Shown piece by piece: positions 51,131 through 63,104 of a stretch of 64,000 nt of DNA; position 1 is the stretch's first letter, and each line of letters begins with the position of its first letter. The notes under the pieces were generated by a model. That model was given only the letters and a program-made list of their open reading frames with translations. It was not told the DNA's origin and did no database searches. This stretch comes from Mustelus asterias. Its lineage: Eukaryota. Where the stretch lies: NCBI RefSeq assembly GCF_964213995.1, contig NC_135808.1:24614001-24678000 (forward strand). The letters are read 5' to 3'. The position numbers were made by a program, and so were the translations under genes.

Positions 51131-51322
51131 CATAATATAACCAGTTGTATTTACCTGATTGGAGAATTCTGAATATTGAGGAAGTTTGCCAACCTGTTTT
51201 GTGTCTAATCAGATTGCGGCTTCGTGTGAACAGAAAAAGACAGAAGGAACAAGTTGAGAAGATCCCCTTTCTTTGGAAAAGAGTTTCCTCCAAAGGTTTC
51301 TCCCAACATGAGGGAAGCAGCA

Positions 51323-54300
51323 ATGATTGGACTGATAGAGCTGGTCCTTCTGTGTGGAGAGGTGTCTGCAGGTGAGTGATGGGGTGTGAGAGGGGCAATG
51401 CCAGGCTGGGTACTGGGGCATTAACCCTGGGTCAGTGAGTGATGGGGTGCGAGAGGGGCAATGTCAAGCTCGGTGGAGCTCTTGCTCTCAGTTTAGAATT
51501 CACATTTTGGGATTCATAGCCTGGTGTTTCACTATGTGTGACAGTGGGTGTTTTGGGGTTCATGGCTTGATGTCTCTCTCTGTGGTGTTGATATTTTGGG
51601 TTTGTACCTCAATTTCTGTGTGTGTGTGTGTGTATGTATGTTTTGGTGTTTGGGGGTTCACACCCTGATGTCTCTCTCTCTGGGTGTTGGTGTTTTGGGG
51701 TTCACACCCTGATGTCTCTCTCTCTCTGGGTGTTGGTGTTTTGGGGTTCACACCCTGATGTTTCTCTCTCTCTCTGGGTGTTGGTGTTTTGTGTTTCTTA
51801 CCCTGAGGTCTCTCTCTCTCTGGGTGTCGGTAGGGTTCATACCCTGATGTATCTCTCTCTGTGGGTTGACGTGCCTTCAAGGAAGGTTTTTATATCATGT
51901 TTCTTGTGAAGGGAATGTTTTAAACTCAGCACTGAGCACCGTGCTGATTTGTTTGCAACCTGCAGTCTACCTGATGAGAACGCAGTAGCATAATTAATCC
52001 TAGATAATGGGTTGTTTTGTTTATCGTCTGGGTTGTCCCCTGGGGTTTCAGAGTCGGGTTTGATTCGATTGATTTACAAGAGGAAGTCATCTGCTAATGG
52101 AAGAAGCTATTCTTACAGAGAAACAAAGCAGGCAGTTATCTGCTTCGGTCTGTCATCAGCAAGAAGTGTTATTCTCTCTCACTCTCTCTCTTTTAGGATT
52201 ATAGTTTGGGACCTGTTTGAAAATAGGTCTCTCTCCATATTTGTTCTGGGGCTTAAGGACTAGCAGTCGCTGACCAGCACATAAGCCTGTTGTTTGCTAA
52301 CTGATGTTAAAGATGAGTTTACGTCTCTGAGGAATATTGCTTAAATTGGGACTAATACAGATAGACAAGCAGCAAAGAATTTGATCTTGTCTTGTTTCAG
52401 TATTTAAGTTGGTAAGATATACATCAATTCTTTTTGTTCTTGTTTAAACTGTTTTGTTCATTTTTTTAAAGCTTCCCATTGGGTCAATAGAATCACAGCT
52501 GGAGTGATTCACTTCATCCTCACACTCATGCCAAAATAAAAATAAAAATGTGGGTCTAGTCTAACTTCATAATATAACTTGGAGTTTGAGGTCTGGTCCC
52601 TAAAAAAATTTAGGGAGTGACCGAGATCAGAGTTGAGAATTCCTTGTTCAGCTTAGGATTACTGAACTCAAAGTCAGTGAGTGTTGAGTTTTTGTGTGTT
52701 CTCTTGAGGTGAATGCCGTATGGAATAAATGGTTCTTTTACTGGCTGAGGTTTTCCTGGGTGTGGAAGAAGTGACTCAGGATGGTTTACAAAAAGTGGAT
52801 AAAGCAAAACTTCTGGCATTGCCAAACAAGTTGCAGCTTTCAGTGATAGCTCGGCACTTAAAATTGCCAGAAACATTGGAATTGGCTTGAATTCAACTCC
52901 AAATCTCACAGCTTGAATTAGAGGCAAAGGAAAGAAAACACAATTGAAACTGTTGAAATTGCAATTAAAAGCAAATGAAAAAGAGTTGAGATAGTTTGAA
53001 TTGTAATTTAAGGAAAAAGAAAGCGAGAGAGAATAGCCCTGGCAGAGCAAAACAAAGGGAAAAAGAATTAGAACTTCAGGAAGTGAAAAGGCAATTTGAA
53101 CTTGAAATGTCTGAAAGGCAAATGTGTAAAACTGCGCGTGTATCAGGAAAAGGACAGATGATTTTGAATCAGTTTGTGAATCATATGTTGGCTTTCAACA
53201 TCAGTTTCAGCCTGTGAGAGACAGAGAAATCCTCAGGTGGTAAAGGAGATGCCATTGGAGATCGTAAAGATAGTTTCCCTCAGGTAAATTCTTTCCACTA
53301 ACTGAACTTCAACTTCTTTATCTTTACTTTGTGATTTCCCCTCCTGGCCAACCTGTGGCTTTGTAAACTTGTTATCCCGCAGTCAGGAAAAAAACCCCAG
53401 GATATGCTTCCTGCATCACCTCAGCTGTCTGATTTTCCACTGGCTTTTCAACCACAGTAACCATCACTCCCACCTGTGATCCAGCTTTATCATTACCCAG
53501 GATAAACTGTATTCCTGGAAAAGATCATTTCCCTATCACTCCAACCCCCACCACCACTTTCGCCAGAATCTCCAACCTTACACTTTATAATGGAACACTA
53601 CTCTTTTCACAAGTAATTTCACTTATTTCCACATTTTTCCGGCAATACTCCTTCCAAACTACATATCTCCTCATCTTTCACCATCAAAGATTGACTTGAT
53701 CCTGTACCTTTTAAAATCTGAGCTTCTTTACCTCCTCCTCCTGGTACACATAAGTAAACCTTACCCACATAAGTAAATTATTTAAAACGACTAAGCACTT
53801 GCTTATCAACCAATCCCTGACCAGGCTGGACACTTTTTCACCTGTTCAGCTTCAACTATGGTTTCCTTTATCAGTTAACAGACCCCAGATGGTTGAGCAA
53901 GAACATAAACTGTTGGAGGATGGAGGTCACTATTTTTAGTTCAGAAAGTTGTCAGAATTACAGCAGAAGGATATAGAAATAAAGCAATTGTATCAGAAAG
54001 CATATACAGAAGAAGAATCTGAGTGTATACCAGAGTGATACTACATTACAAATGATGAATTGATGAGATGCTGGAGATCATTACATATTCAGGCAGATGC
54101 ATCAAAGTTATTCCGGGAAGTTGTGGATAGCTTAGGAGTAAAGCAATTTAAATCAACTCTGTACCATCCAGAATCGCAGGGAATATTGAAACGCGAGCGT
54201 CAAATTTTAAAGGCCATGTTGAGGACCTCCAGGCAAGATTATCCAGAGGATTAGGATAAAGGATGCACCAAATGAATGAACTAAATTCAGTCTATTTGAA

Positions 54301-57300
54301 TTAAGTTTTGTCATGAGATAAGTGGACCACTTAAATTCATCAAGGAAAAGTTGGTGAGTCAGCATTCTGGGACTATGTTGGACTATGTGTCAAACTTTAT
54401 GGAGAGATTAACTAGGGGTGGGAAGTTCATGAGACTGCAATTAAAGGTGGCACAGCATGTGAAGAAAAAAAGTGGACAAGAAAAGTTCCTCGTTTTGCTC
54501 GCAGGGATAAGGTGTTAGCATTATTAGCAGTGCTAGGTGAACATTTAACAGCTAGGTTTAGTGGGCCTTATCAAATAGGGTGGCATGGTGGCACAGTCGT
54601 TAGCACTGCTGCCTCACAATGTCAGGAACCGGAGTTCAATTCCAGCCTCAGGTGACTGTCTGAATGGAGTTTGCACTTTTTCCCGTGTCTGCGTGAGTTT
54701 CCTCTGGGTGCTCCGGTTTCCTCCCACAGTCCAAAGGTGTACAAGAGAGGTTGATTGTCCATAATAGCTTGTCCCCTTCGTGTCAGGGGGATTAGTGGGG
54801 TCGATGCAATGATGAGGTCGAGGTGGGATTGTTGTTGGTGCAGGCTCGATGGGCCAAGTGGCCTCCTTCTGCACTATAGGGCTTCAATGAAATTGAAAGA
54901 AAATTGAATAAGATGATTTTTAAAAATTCATTCATAGGACATGGGCATGGCTGCTGGCCAGCATTTATTGCCCATACCTAGTTGCCCTTGAGAAGGTGAT
55001 AGTGAGCTGCCTTCTTGAATCGCTGCAGTCTATGTGCTGTAGGTTGACCCACACTGCCATTAGAGAGGCAATTCCAGGATTTTGACACAGCGACTGTGAA
55101 GGAATGGCGATACATTTCCAAGTCACCATGGTGAGTAGCTTGGAGGGGAACTTGCAGGTGGTGGTGTTCCCATGTAACTGCTGCCCTTGTCCTTCGAGAT
55201 GGATGTGGTTGTGGGTTTGGAAGGTGCTGTCAAGGATATTTGGTGAATTGTTGCAGTGCATCTTGTAGATAGTACACACTATTGCTATTGAGCGTCAGTG
55301 GTGGAGAGAGTGGATGTTTGTGGATATGGTACCAATCAAGTGGGCTGCTCTGTCCAGGATGGTGTCAAGCTTCTTGAGTGTTGCTGGACCTCATCCCATC
55401 CAGGCAAGTGGGGAGTATTCCATCATACTCCTGATTTCTGCCTTGTAGATGGTGGGCAGACTTTGGGGAATCAAGAGGTGAGTTACTCGTCACAGTATTC
55501 CCAGCCTCTCACCGGCTCTTGTGTTTATGTGGCGAGTCCAGTTGAGTTTCTAGTCAATAGTAATGCCAAGGATGTTGACAGTGGGGGATTCAGTAATGGT
55601 AACACCATTGAATGTCAAGGGGTGGTTGTTAGAGTGTCTCTTATTCATGATGATAATTGCCTGACATTTGTGTTGCTCGAATGTTACTTGCCACTTGTCA
55701 GCCGAAGCTTGGACATTGTCCAGATCTTGTTGCATTTGAACATGGACTGCTTCAGTATATGTGGAGTCATGAGTGGTACTGAAAATTGTGCAATCGTCAG
55801 CAAACATCCCCACTTCTGACCTGATGATGGGGGGAAGATCATTGATGAAGGAGTTGAAGATGGTTGGGCTGACGACACTACCCCAAGGGATTCATAAGAA
55901 CATAAGAACCAGGAGCAGGAGTAGGCATCTGGCCACTCGAGCCTGCTCTGCCATTCAATAAGATCATGGGTGATCTTCTCGTAGACTCAGCTCCACTTAG
56001 CCGCCAGCTCACCATAACCCTTAATTCCTTTACTGTTCAAAAATGTATCTATCCTTGCCTTAAAAACATTCAATGAGGTAGCCTCAACTGCTTCACTGAG
56101 CAGGGAATTCCACAGATTCAAACTCATTGTGTGAAGAAGTTCCTCCTCAATTCAGTCCGAAATCTGCTTCCCCTTATTTTGAGGCTATGCCCCCTCATTC
56201 TTGTTTCACCCGCCAGTGGAAAAAACTTCCCTGCTTCTATCTTATCTATTCCCTTCATAATCTTATATGTTTCCTTCAGATCTCCCCTCATTCTTCTGAA
56301 TTCCAATGAGTATAGCCCCAGTCTACTCAGTCTCTCCTCAAAAGCCAACCCTCTCAACTCTGCAATCAACCCTAGTGAATCTCCTCTGCAACCCCTCCAG
56401 TGCCAATATATCCTTTCTCAAGTCAGGAGACCAAAACTGTACACAGTACTCCAGGTGTGGCCTCACCAGCACCTTATACAGCTGCAACATCACCTCGCTG
56501 TTTTTCAACTCCAATAAAGGACAACATTCCATTTGCCTTATTAATTACCTGCTCCACCTACAAACCAACTCCTTGAAATTCTGCACAAGGACACCCAGGT
56601 CCCTCTGCACAGCAGCATGCTACAATTTTTTACCATTTAAATAATAGTCCATTTTGCTGTTATTCCTACCAAAATGGATGACTTCCCATTTACCAACACT
56701 ATACTCCATCTGCCAAACCCTCGCCCACTCACTTAGCCTATCTATATCCCTTTGCAGACTTTCAGCGTCCTCTGCACACTTTGCTCTGCCACTCATCTTA
56801 GTGTCATCTGTGAATTTTGACACACTACACTTAGTCCCCAACTCCAAATCATCTCTGTAAATTGTAAACAATTGCGGTCCCAACACTGAACCATGAGGCA
56901 CACCACTAGTCACTGATCGCCAACCAGAAAAACACCAATTTACCCTCACTCTTTGCTTTCTGTTAGTTAACCAATCCTCTATCCATGCTAGTACATTACC
57001 CGTAATACCGTGCACCTTTATCTTGTGTAGCAGTCTTTGGTGGGTCACCTTGTCAAATGCCTTCTGGAAATCCAGATACACCACGTCCACAGGTTCCCCA
57101 TTGTTCATTCCTGCACAGATGTCCTGGAGCTGAGATGACTGACCCTCCACAATCACATTCCTATGTGCCAGGTATGACTCCAACCAGCGGAGAGTTTGCC
57201 ACCTGATACCCATTGATTTCAGTTTCGCTAGAGTTCCTTGATGCCACACTTGGCCGAATGTGGCCTTGATATCAAGGGCTGTCACTTTCACCTCACCTCT

Positions 57301-59112
57301 GGAATTCAGCTATTTTGTCCATGTTTGAACCAAGGCTGTAATGAGGTCAGGAGCTGAGTGACCCTGGTGAAACCCAAACTGGGCGTCACTGAGCAGGTTA
57401 TCATTAAGCAGGTGCTGCTTGATAGTACCCGTGGAGAATTATATGACAAGAACGTTGGATCGAAGGAAATCTCACAGAGTGTTTCCTGAGAATATACTCA
57501 AGCAATATTTTGATCGGGAAGGAAAGCAGAAGGGGGATGCATTAGTTATGACAATGCAGAGTGAAGAAATAAGTCCAGATGATTCTGCATTTGACATTCT
57601 TCAAATTAGATTGGATAATGTGGAAGTAATCGGAAATTGAAATAAACGATTGAGTTACCTTCTGGAGGAAAATCAAAATGGCCTGAAAGAGTTACTACAA
57701 CCACATGGAGAGATATGTGGGAATAAACTGGGAAGGACTAAAATAATTATGCACAACGTAGATGTAAGAAATGCTGTTCCAATTAAGCAATATCTGTACA
57801 AGCTTAACCCTCCAAAGTTGGCATAGGTTCAAAAGGAGATTGAAAGCATATTTAAAAATTACATAATTGAAGTGAGTTGGAGCGAGTGCAGCTCACCCGT
57901 AGTGAGGGTTCCAAAATGAGATGACACCCAACAATTCTGTGTGGACTATAGGAAAGTTAATGCAGTTACAAAATAAGATTCATATCCCATTCCTTTCTTG
58001 GGAGACTGCATTCAGAAGGTGGGACAAGTGACTTTTATTTCCAAACTTGACTTACTAAAAGGATACTGGCGGGTACCTTTATCCGAAAGGGCAAAGGAGA
58101 TTTTGGCTTTCATGACAAAAAATGGTCAGTACCAGTTTAAAATCATGCCATTTGAAATGAAAAATGCACGAGCCACATTTCAAACATTAACTAATAAGGT
58201 CATTTCTGGACTACCTAATTGTGCTGTGTACATAAACAAACTGGTGGTTTTCAGACAGATGTGGAAGGAACATTTGGAGCACCGAGCGGAATTGTTCAAT
58301 TGGCTTCAGGATGCAGGCTTGGTGGTAAACTTGGCTAAGAACGAGTTTACAAAAACCAAAGTCACATTCATAGTCCATACAATTAGACATGGATGGAAGG
58401 CCCTACGGTCGGTGAAAACAAAGGTTATTGGGGAGTGCCCAATACTGCCGGTGAAAAGTGAAGTACTGCATTCTTGGACCTGGATGGTTTTTATAGGAAT
58501 TTTGTGCCAAACATTTGCATTATGGTTGCTGCACTGACTGACTTGCTGAAAAAACATGCAAAATTTCAGTGGACGGTGAATGTCAGAGGGCATTTGGCAG
58601 CCTGAATAATGTGTTAACCACTGCACCTGTGTTGGCAAGAACAAATTATGCAAAACCATTCAAGATGGCCATTGATGCGAGTGATGTGGCTGTTCTATTA
58701 CAAGAAGATGACAAAAGGATATAAAGACCAATTGGGTACGTTTTCTGGAAAACTAAATAACCATCAAAAGAGATTCAACCATTGAGAAAAGAAACATTGA
58801 GTTTGGTGTTGGCATTGCAACATTTTAACGTTTATGTTGTCAGCAATTCATCTGAGACAGTTATTTACACTGATCATAATCTATTGACGTCTCTGGAGAA
58901 ATTTAGAGATCAAAGTGAAAGGCTCTTTAGATGGAGTTTATTATTACAGCCATTTTATATGAGAATTACAATGTGGCAGAAAGTGAGAATGTGATTGCTG
59001 ATGCTTCATCAACAATTTCATGAAAGAGGAAGGAATATTCAATGTCGGAAGAGAATGACTGTACTGGACAATAGAACTATTATACTTGCATGCATTGATT
59101 TACTAGAATGTG

Positions 59113-59151
<39 letters not shown>

Positions 59152-60931
59152 ACTAATAGTGTGAAACTTGAAGTTATGAAAAATGAAGCCATTTTTTATT
59201 GCTGTTTTTTTTAAGGGGGAGGTGTGAGGATACTGTGCCTTTAAGAAATGTATCTATATCATGTTTCTTGTGAAGGGATTGTTTTCAACTTCAGCTCTGA
59301 TTACAGTGCCGATTTGCCCACAAACAGCAGCCCACATGCTGAGAGTGCAGAAGCATAATTTATCCCAGATAATGTTTCTTTTTGCTTTTATCTGAGCTGT
59401 TTTGTTTATTTTTTTGGGTTGTCCCTGGGGTTTCAGAGTAAGGTTTAATTCGGTTGATTGACAAGAGGAAGTCATATGCTGATGGGAAGAGCTAAGCTTA
59501 CAGGAAGACAAGCAGACAGTTGTCTGCCTGGACCTGCCAGAAGCATTATTCTCTCTCTCTTTCTCTAAAGACTGTAGTTTGGGACCTGCTCGAAAATAGG
59601 TCTCTCTCCAGAGGTGTTTTGGAGGCTGGAGATACCCAGCTCAGATACCCACATGTAAGGCTGTTTGCTGACTGATTTTCAGGAGGTGTTTATGTCTATG
59701 AGGAATATTGCTTAAATTGGAACAATTAGAAATAATCCAGCAGTTAAGAGTTGTATCTTGTCACATGTAAGAATTTCAGTTGGTAAAAGTTGAGGCTATT
59801 TCTTTTTGTTATAGTTAAACTGTACTGTTAAATAAAGTTTGTTTTGACAAAAGCTTCCTAGTGGGTCATTGGAATGACACCTCGAGTGAAACACTTTATC
59901 CTCACACGAATGTCAAAGTCAAAAAAGAGAGTTGGGGTCTGGTCTAAATTCATAACATGGAGTTTCTAATCTGGTGCCCAACGGTGGATGCTGGTGTTTT
60001 GTGTTCATACCTTGATCTCTCTCTGTTTTTCAGGTTCTCACTCTCTCCGGATTTCCGTCACGGGAATGACTCCGATCCCGGGTTTCCCGGAGTTTGTGCT
60101 TGTCGGTTATGTGGATGATCTCCGGGTTGTTGTGTACGACAGCGATCGGAAGGAGCTGATCCCCCAGGAGCAGAGGATGGTGGAGATCGACGGACATGAG
60201 GCTTGGGAACAGAAGAAGATTCTCGCACAAGAGCTGGGGATGATTGTCAAATTGTCTTTTCCGGTCTTCATTTCTCTGTCCCAGCAGACAGGAAGTGAGT
60301 CCTCACTTTCCCACCACTCGGGGGTGCAGGTGGGAAGAAACCAAGAATGGATCAGGAACTGGGAGCCAGAGGCTGATTGGCTACGATTGGATATGTGACA
60401 GCAAATTTGATTGGCGATCAATGAGTGGAGGGAATGTATCCAAGAGAGACTGGCTCGGATTGGCTGTGTGTGGAGGACATGAGATCCACTTAGTGTAACT
60501 GCCGCTGATTGGCTTTCTATGTGGTGGGAGGTGCCTCGCTTGATTTGATTGGCTCTTGATAGAATGGGTCTGGCTTCTGAGTGGAACTAGCTTGGATTGG
60601 CTGTGGGGGTGGGATCTCACATTGGGACTGACTCTAATTGGCTGTTTGTGATCCACAGGAATCCATGTTTTACAGATGATGACTGGCTGCAATCTGAGGG
60701 ATGATGGGACCACGAGTGCATTCAACCGGATTGGGTGGAATGGACAGGATGTGCTCAGCTTCGACAAGGATCACATGGTGTGGGTGACCCCAGTGACCTG
60801 GGGAGAGATCATCAAAAACAATCTTGACAGGGATACTGCCCAGAATGAGCGATTCAAACAATTACTGGAGGTGGACTGTATTGAGTGGCTGAGGAAATCC
60901 CTCGAGTTCGGACAGAGTGAACTGACAGCTG
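51323..60931 (+). CDS. MHC class I gene D (highly divergent nonclassical-type), 5' part: exons 51323-51371, 60034-60294, 60659-60931; alpha3 onward not in the window
   Basis: Leader identical to B and C; alpha1 261 nt and alpha2 273 nt, open, GT-AG, with C101/C164 retained. Intactness of the rest is unknown. Confidence 0.85.
51640..51860. repeat. ~44-bp tandem repeat (TCTCTCTGGGTGTTGGTGTTTTGGGGTTCACACCCTGATG) in intron 1 of gene D
   Basis: About 5 visible copies; the unit resumes after the LTR element at ~59985. Confidence 0.85.
51860..59983 (+). mobile_element. Decayed full-length Gypsy LTR retrotransposon (Gmr1-like INT-before-RT order) in intron 1 of gene D; LTRs ~51860-52605 and 59223-59983
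   Basis: Two diverged ~750-bp direct repeats, PPT AAGGGGGAGG at 59213-59222, integrase (YHPESQG, ~54160) upstream of RT (LDLLKGYW, ~58050) and RNase H ([13 protein letters not shown]). Confidence 0.88.
54927..57425 (-). mobile_element. LINE (L2/CR1-group) 54927-55890 plus 57105-57425, interrupted by a CR1 at 55893-57104, all nested in the Gypsy element
   Basis: [15 protein letters not shown] and MFADDCTIF in the outer element; DFQKAFDKV and FTDDTK in the inner one. Confidence 0.85.
60034..60294 (+). CDS. Gene D exon 2 (alpha1)
   Basis: [87 protein letters not shown]. Confidence 0.93.
60659..60931 (+). CDS. Gene D exon 3 (alpha2)
   Basis: [17 protein letters not shown]...[16 protein letters not shown]...IKNNLDR...[26 protein letters not shown]. 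Confidence 0.93.
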
Positions 60932-61809
60932 GTGAGTGAGGGGGGAGCGAGAATTGGTGAGTGATGGGGGGAGCGAGAGTCGGTGAGTGAGGGGGGGAGT
61001 GAGAGTCGGTGAGTGAGGGGGGGAGTGAGAGTCGGTGAGTGAGGGGGGAGCGAGAGTCGGTGAGTGAGGGGGGGAGCGAGAGTCGGTGAGTGAGGGGGGG
61101 AGCGAGAGCCGGTGAGTGAGGGGGAGCGAGAGTCGGTGAGTGAGGGGGGAGCGAGAGTTGGTGAGTGAGGGGGGAGCGAGAGTCGGTGAGTGAGGGGGGA
61201 GCGAGGGTCGGTGAGTGAGGGGAGAGCAAGGGTCGGTGAGTGAGGAGGGTTTGGGAATCAGTGGGTGAGGTAGGAGTGAGTGGGAATCGGTGAGTGAGGG
61301 AGGGAGTGAGAGTCGGTGAGTGAGAGGGGGGAGCGAGAGTCGGTGAGTGAGGGGGGAGGGAGAGTCGGTGAGTGAGGGGGGGAGCGAGAGTCGGTGAGTG
61401 AGGGGGGGAGCGAGAGTCGGTGAGTGAGGCGGGAGTGAGAGTTGGTGAGTGAGGGGGGGAGCGAGTGTCGGTGAGTGAGGGGGGAGCGAGGGTCGGTGAG
61501 TGAGGGAGGAGCGAGGGTCGGTGAGTGAGGAGGGTTTGGGAATCAGTGGGTGAGGTAGCAGTGAGTGGGAATCGGTGAGTGAGGGAGGGAGGGAGACTCG
61601 GTGAGTGAGGGGGGAACTGAGAGTCGGTGAGTGAAATGTGAGTGAGAGTCGGGGAGGGGGTGGGAATCAGTGGGTGAGGGGGTGTGGGAATCAGTGGGTG
61701 AGGGGGGAGTGAGTGGGAATCAGTGGGTGAGGTGGGAGTGAGTGGGAATCAGTGGGTGAGGGGGGAGTGAGTGGGAATCGGTGAGTGAGGGAGACTGAGT
61801 CATTGAGTG

Positions 61810-62572
61810 ACTCGGGACAGATAGAGAGAAAGGTAGAAAACACCTCCTGCATTTTGCAGAAAGCTGGAGGGAGATACTTATTTTCTATCAGCTCCCAGAC
61901 TGCAATTTCCAGACAGAGAAAGGGAGAGAGAAAGAGCTGCTCCTTCGTTTTTCAAATTGAAACAGCAACTGCCTGCCTGTCCCTCTGTAACCCAAACTGC
62001 TCCCATTGACATGATTTCATTCTTGCCAATCAACCTAATTACACCCGACTCTGAAACACCAGGAGAAAACCACAACATTTCACAAAACTGCATTAGCTCA
62101 GATTAAAACAAACACCCCAATACTTAGGACCAATTACTCTTCTGCATTATGTTGTGAAGTTTATGTTTTTAAAATGATAACACAATTGTAACAATTGGAG
62201 TTTTCTAAACAGCATTCCATTGGAATCGTGCTTTATTCGGTTTGTTAATTGTTTTGTTAACCTGATTGCTGTTAGTTAGATAAATAAAGTGTTACTTGTT
62301 GCTTTACAGAGGGAATCTCAGGTAGTTATTTTGATTTGACCACTAAAAGTTGCTGAAGAGCAGATATTAACCCTTCTCACACACACTTTAACAGATTATG
62401 AAGGGACGTAATGCTCTTTCAGTGGCTGAGTATCAGTTCTCAGAGAGGAAATCAACTTCCACTTCGTAACAATTATCAGCATGTGGGCTGCTGCAGTAAT
62501 CAGAGTTGACACATAAAACAGTCCCTTTAGAAGAAATGCAAATACATTCCTTAAAAGCACAGTTCTGACACA
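61810..62572 (-). mobile_element. LTR fragment related to the intron-1 Gypsy LTR, itself interrupted by another LTR-like piece (~62150-62471)
   Basis: Reverse complement resembles 59223-59600; the inner piece resembles 39480-39686. Confidence 0.6.
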
Positions 62573-63104
62573 GGGGACTTAGAGTGAGTGAGGGAGGGAG
62601 GGAGTGAGATTCGGTGAGTGAAGGAGGTGAGAGAGCCGGTGAGTGAGGGGGGGGAGTGAGAGTTGGTGAGAGAGGGGGGAGCGAGAGTCGGTGAGTGAGG
62701 GGGGAGTGAGAGTCGGTGAGTGTGCGGGAGTGAGAGTCGGTGAGTGAGGGGGGAGTGAGAGTCGGTGAGTGAGGGGGGAGTGAGAGTCGGTGAGTGGGGA
62801 GGGGAGTGGGACTCTCACTCCCGCTCACTCACCGACACTCACTCCTCCCTAACTCACCCACTCTCACTCCCCCCTCACTCAACGACTCTCACTCCCCCCT
62901 CACTCACCGACTCTCACTCCCCCCTCTCTCACCGACTCTCACTCCCCCCCCTCACTCACCGGCTCTCTCACCTCCTTCACTCACTGAATCTCACTTCCTC
63001 CCTCCCTCACTCACTCTAAGTCCCCTGTGTCAGAACTGTGCTTTTAAGCAATGTATTTGCATTTCTTCTAAAGGGACTGTTTTATGTGTCAACTCTGATT
63101 ACTG
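62494..63104. repeat. ~610-bp fold-back inverted duplication, centre near 62810
   Basis: CAGTAATCAGAGTTGACACATAAAACAG... is mirrored by ...CTGTTTTATGTGTCAACTCTGATTACTG; minisatellite polarity flips at 62811. Confidence 0.92.

Noticed and set aside
56620-57291. 223-aa RT ORF with two DxxxAF-type motifs, suggesting a novel RT
   Set aside because: Chance in-frame junction of a CR1 inserted into another LINE at ~57105.
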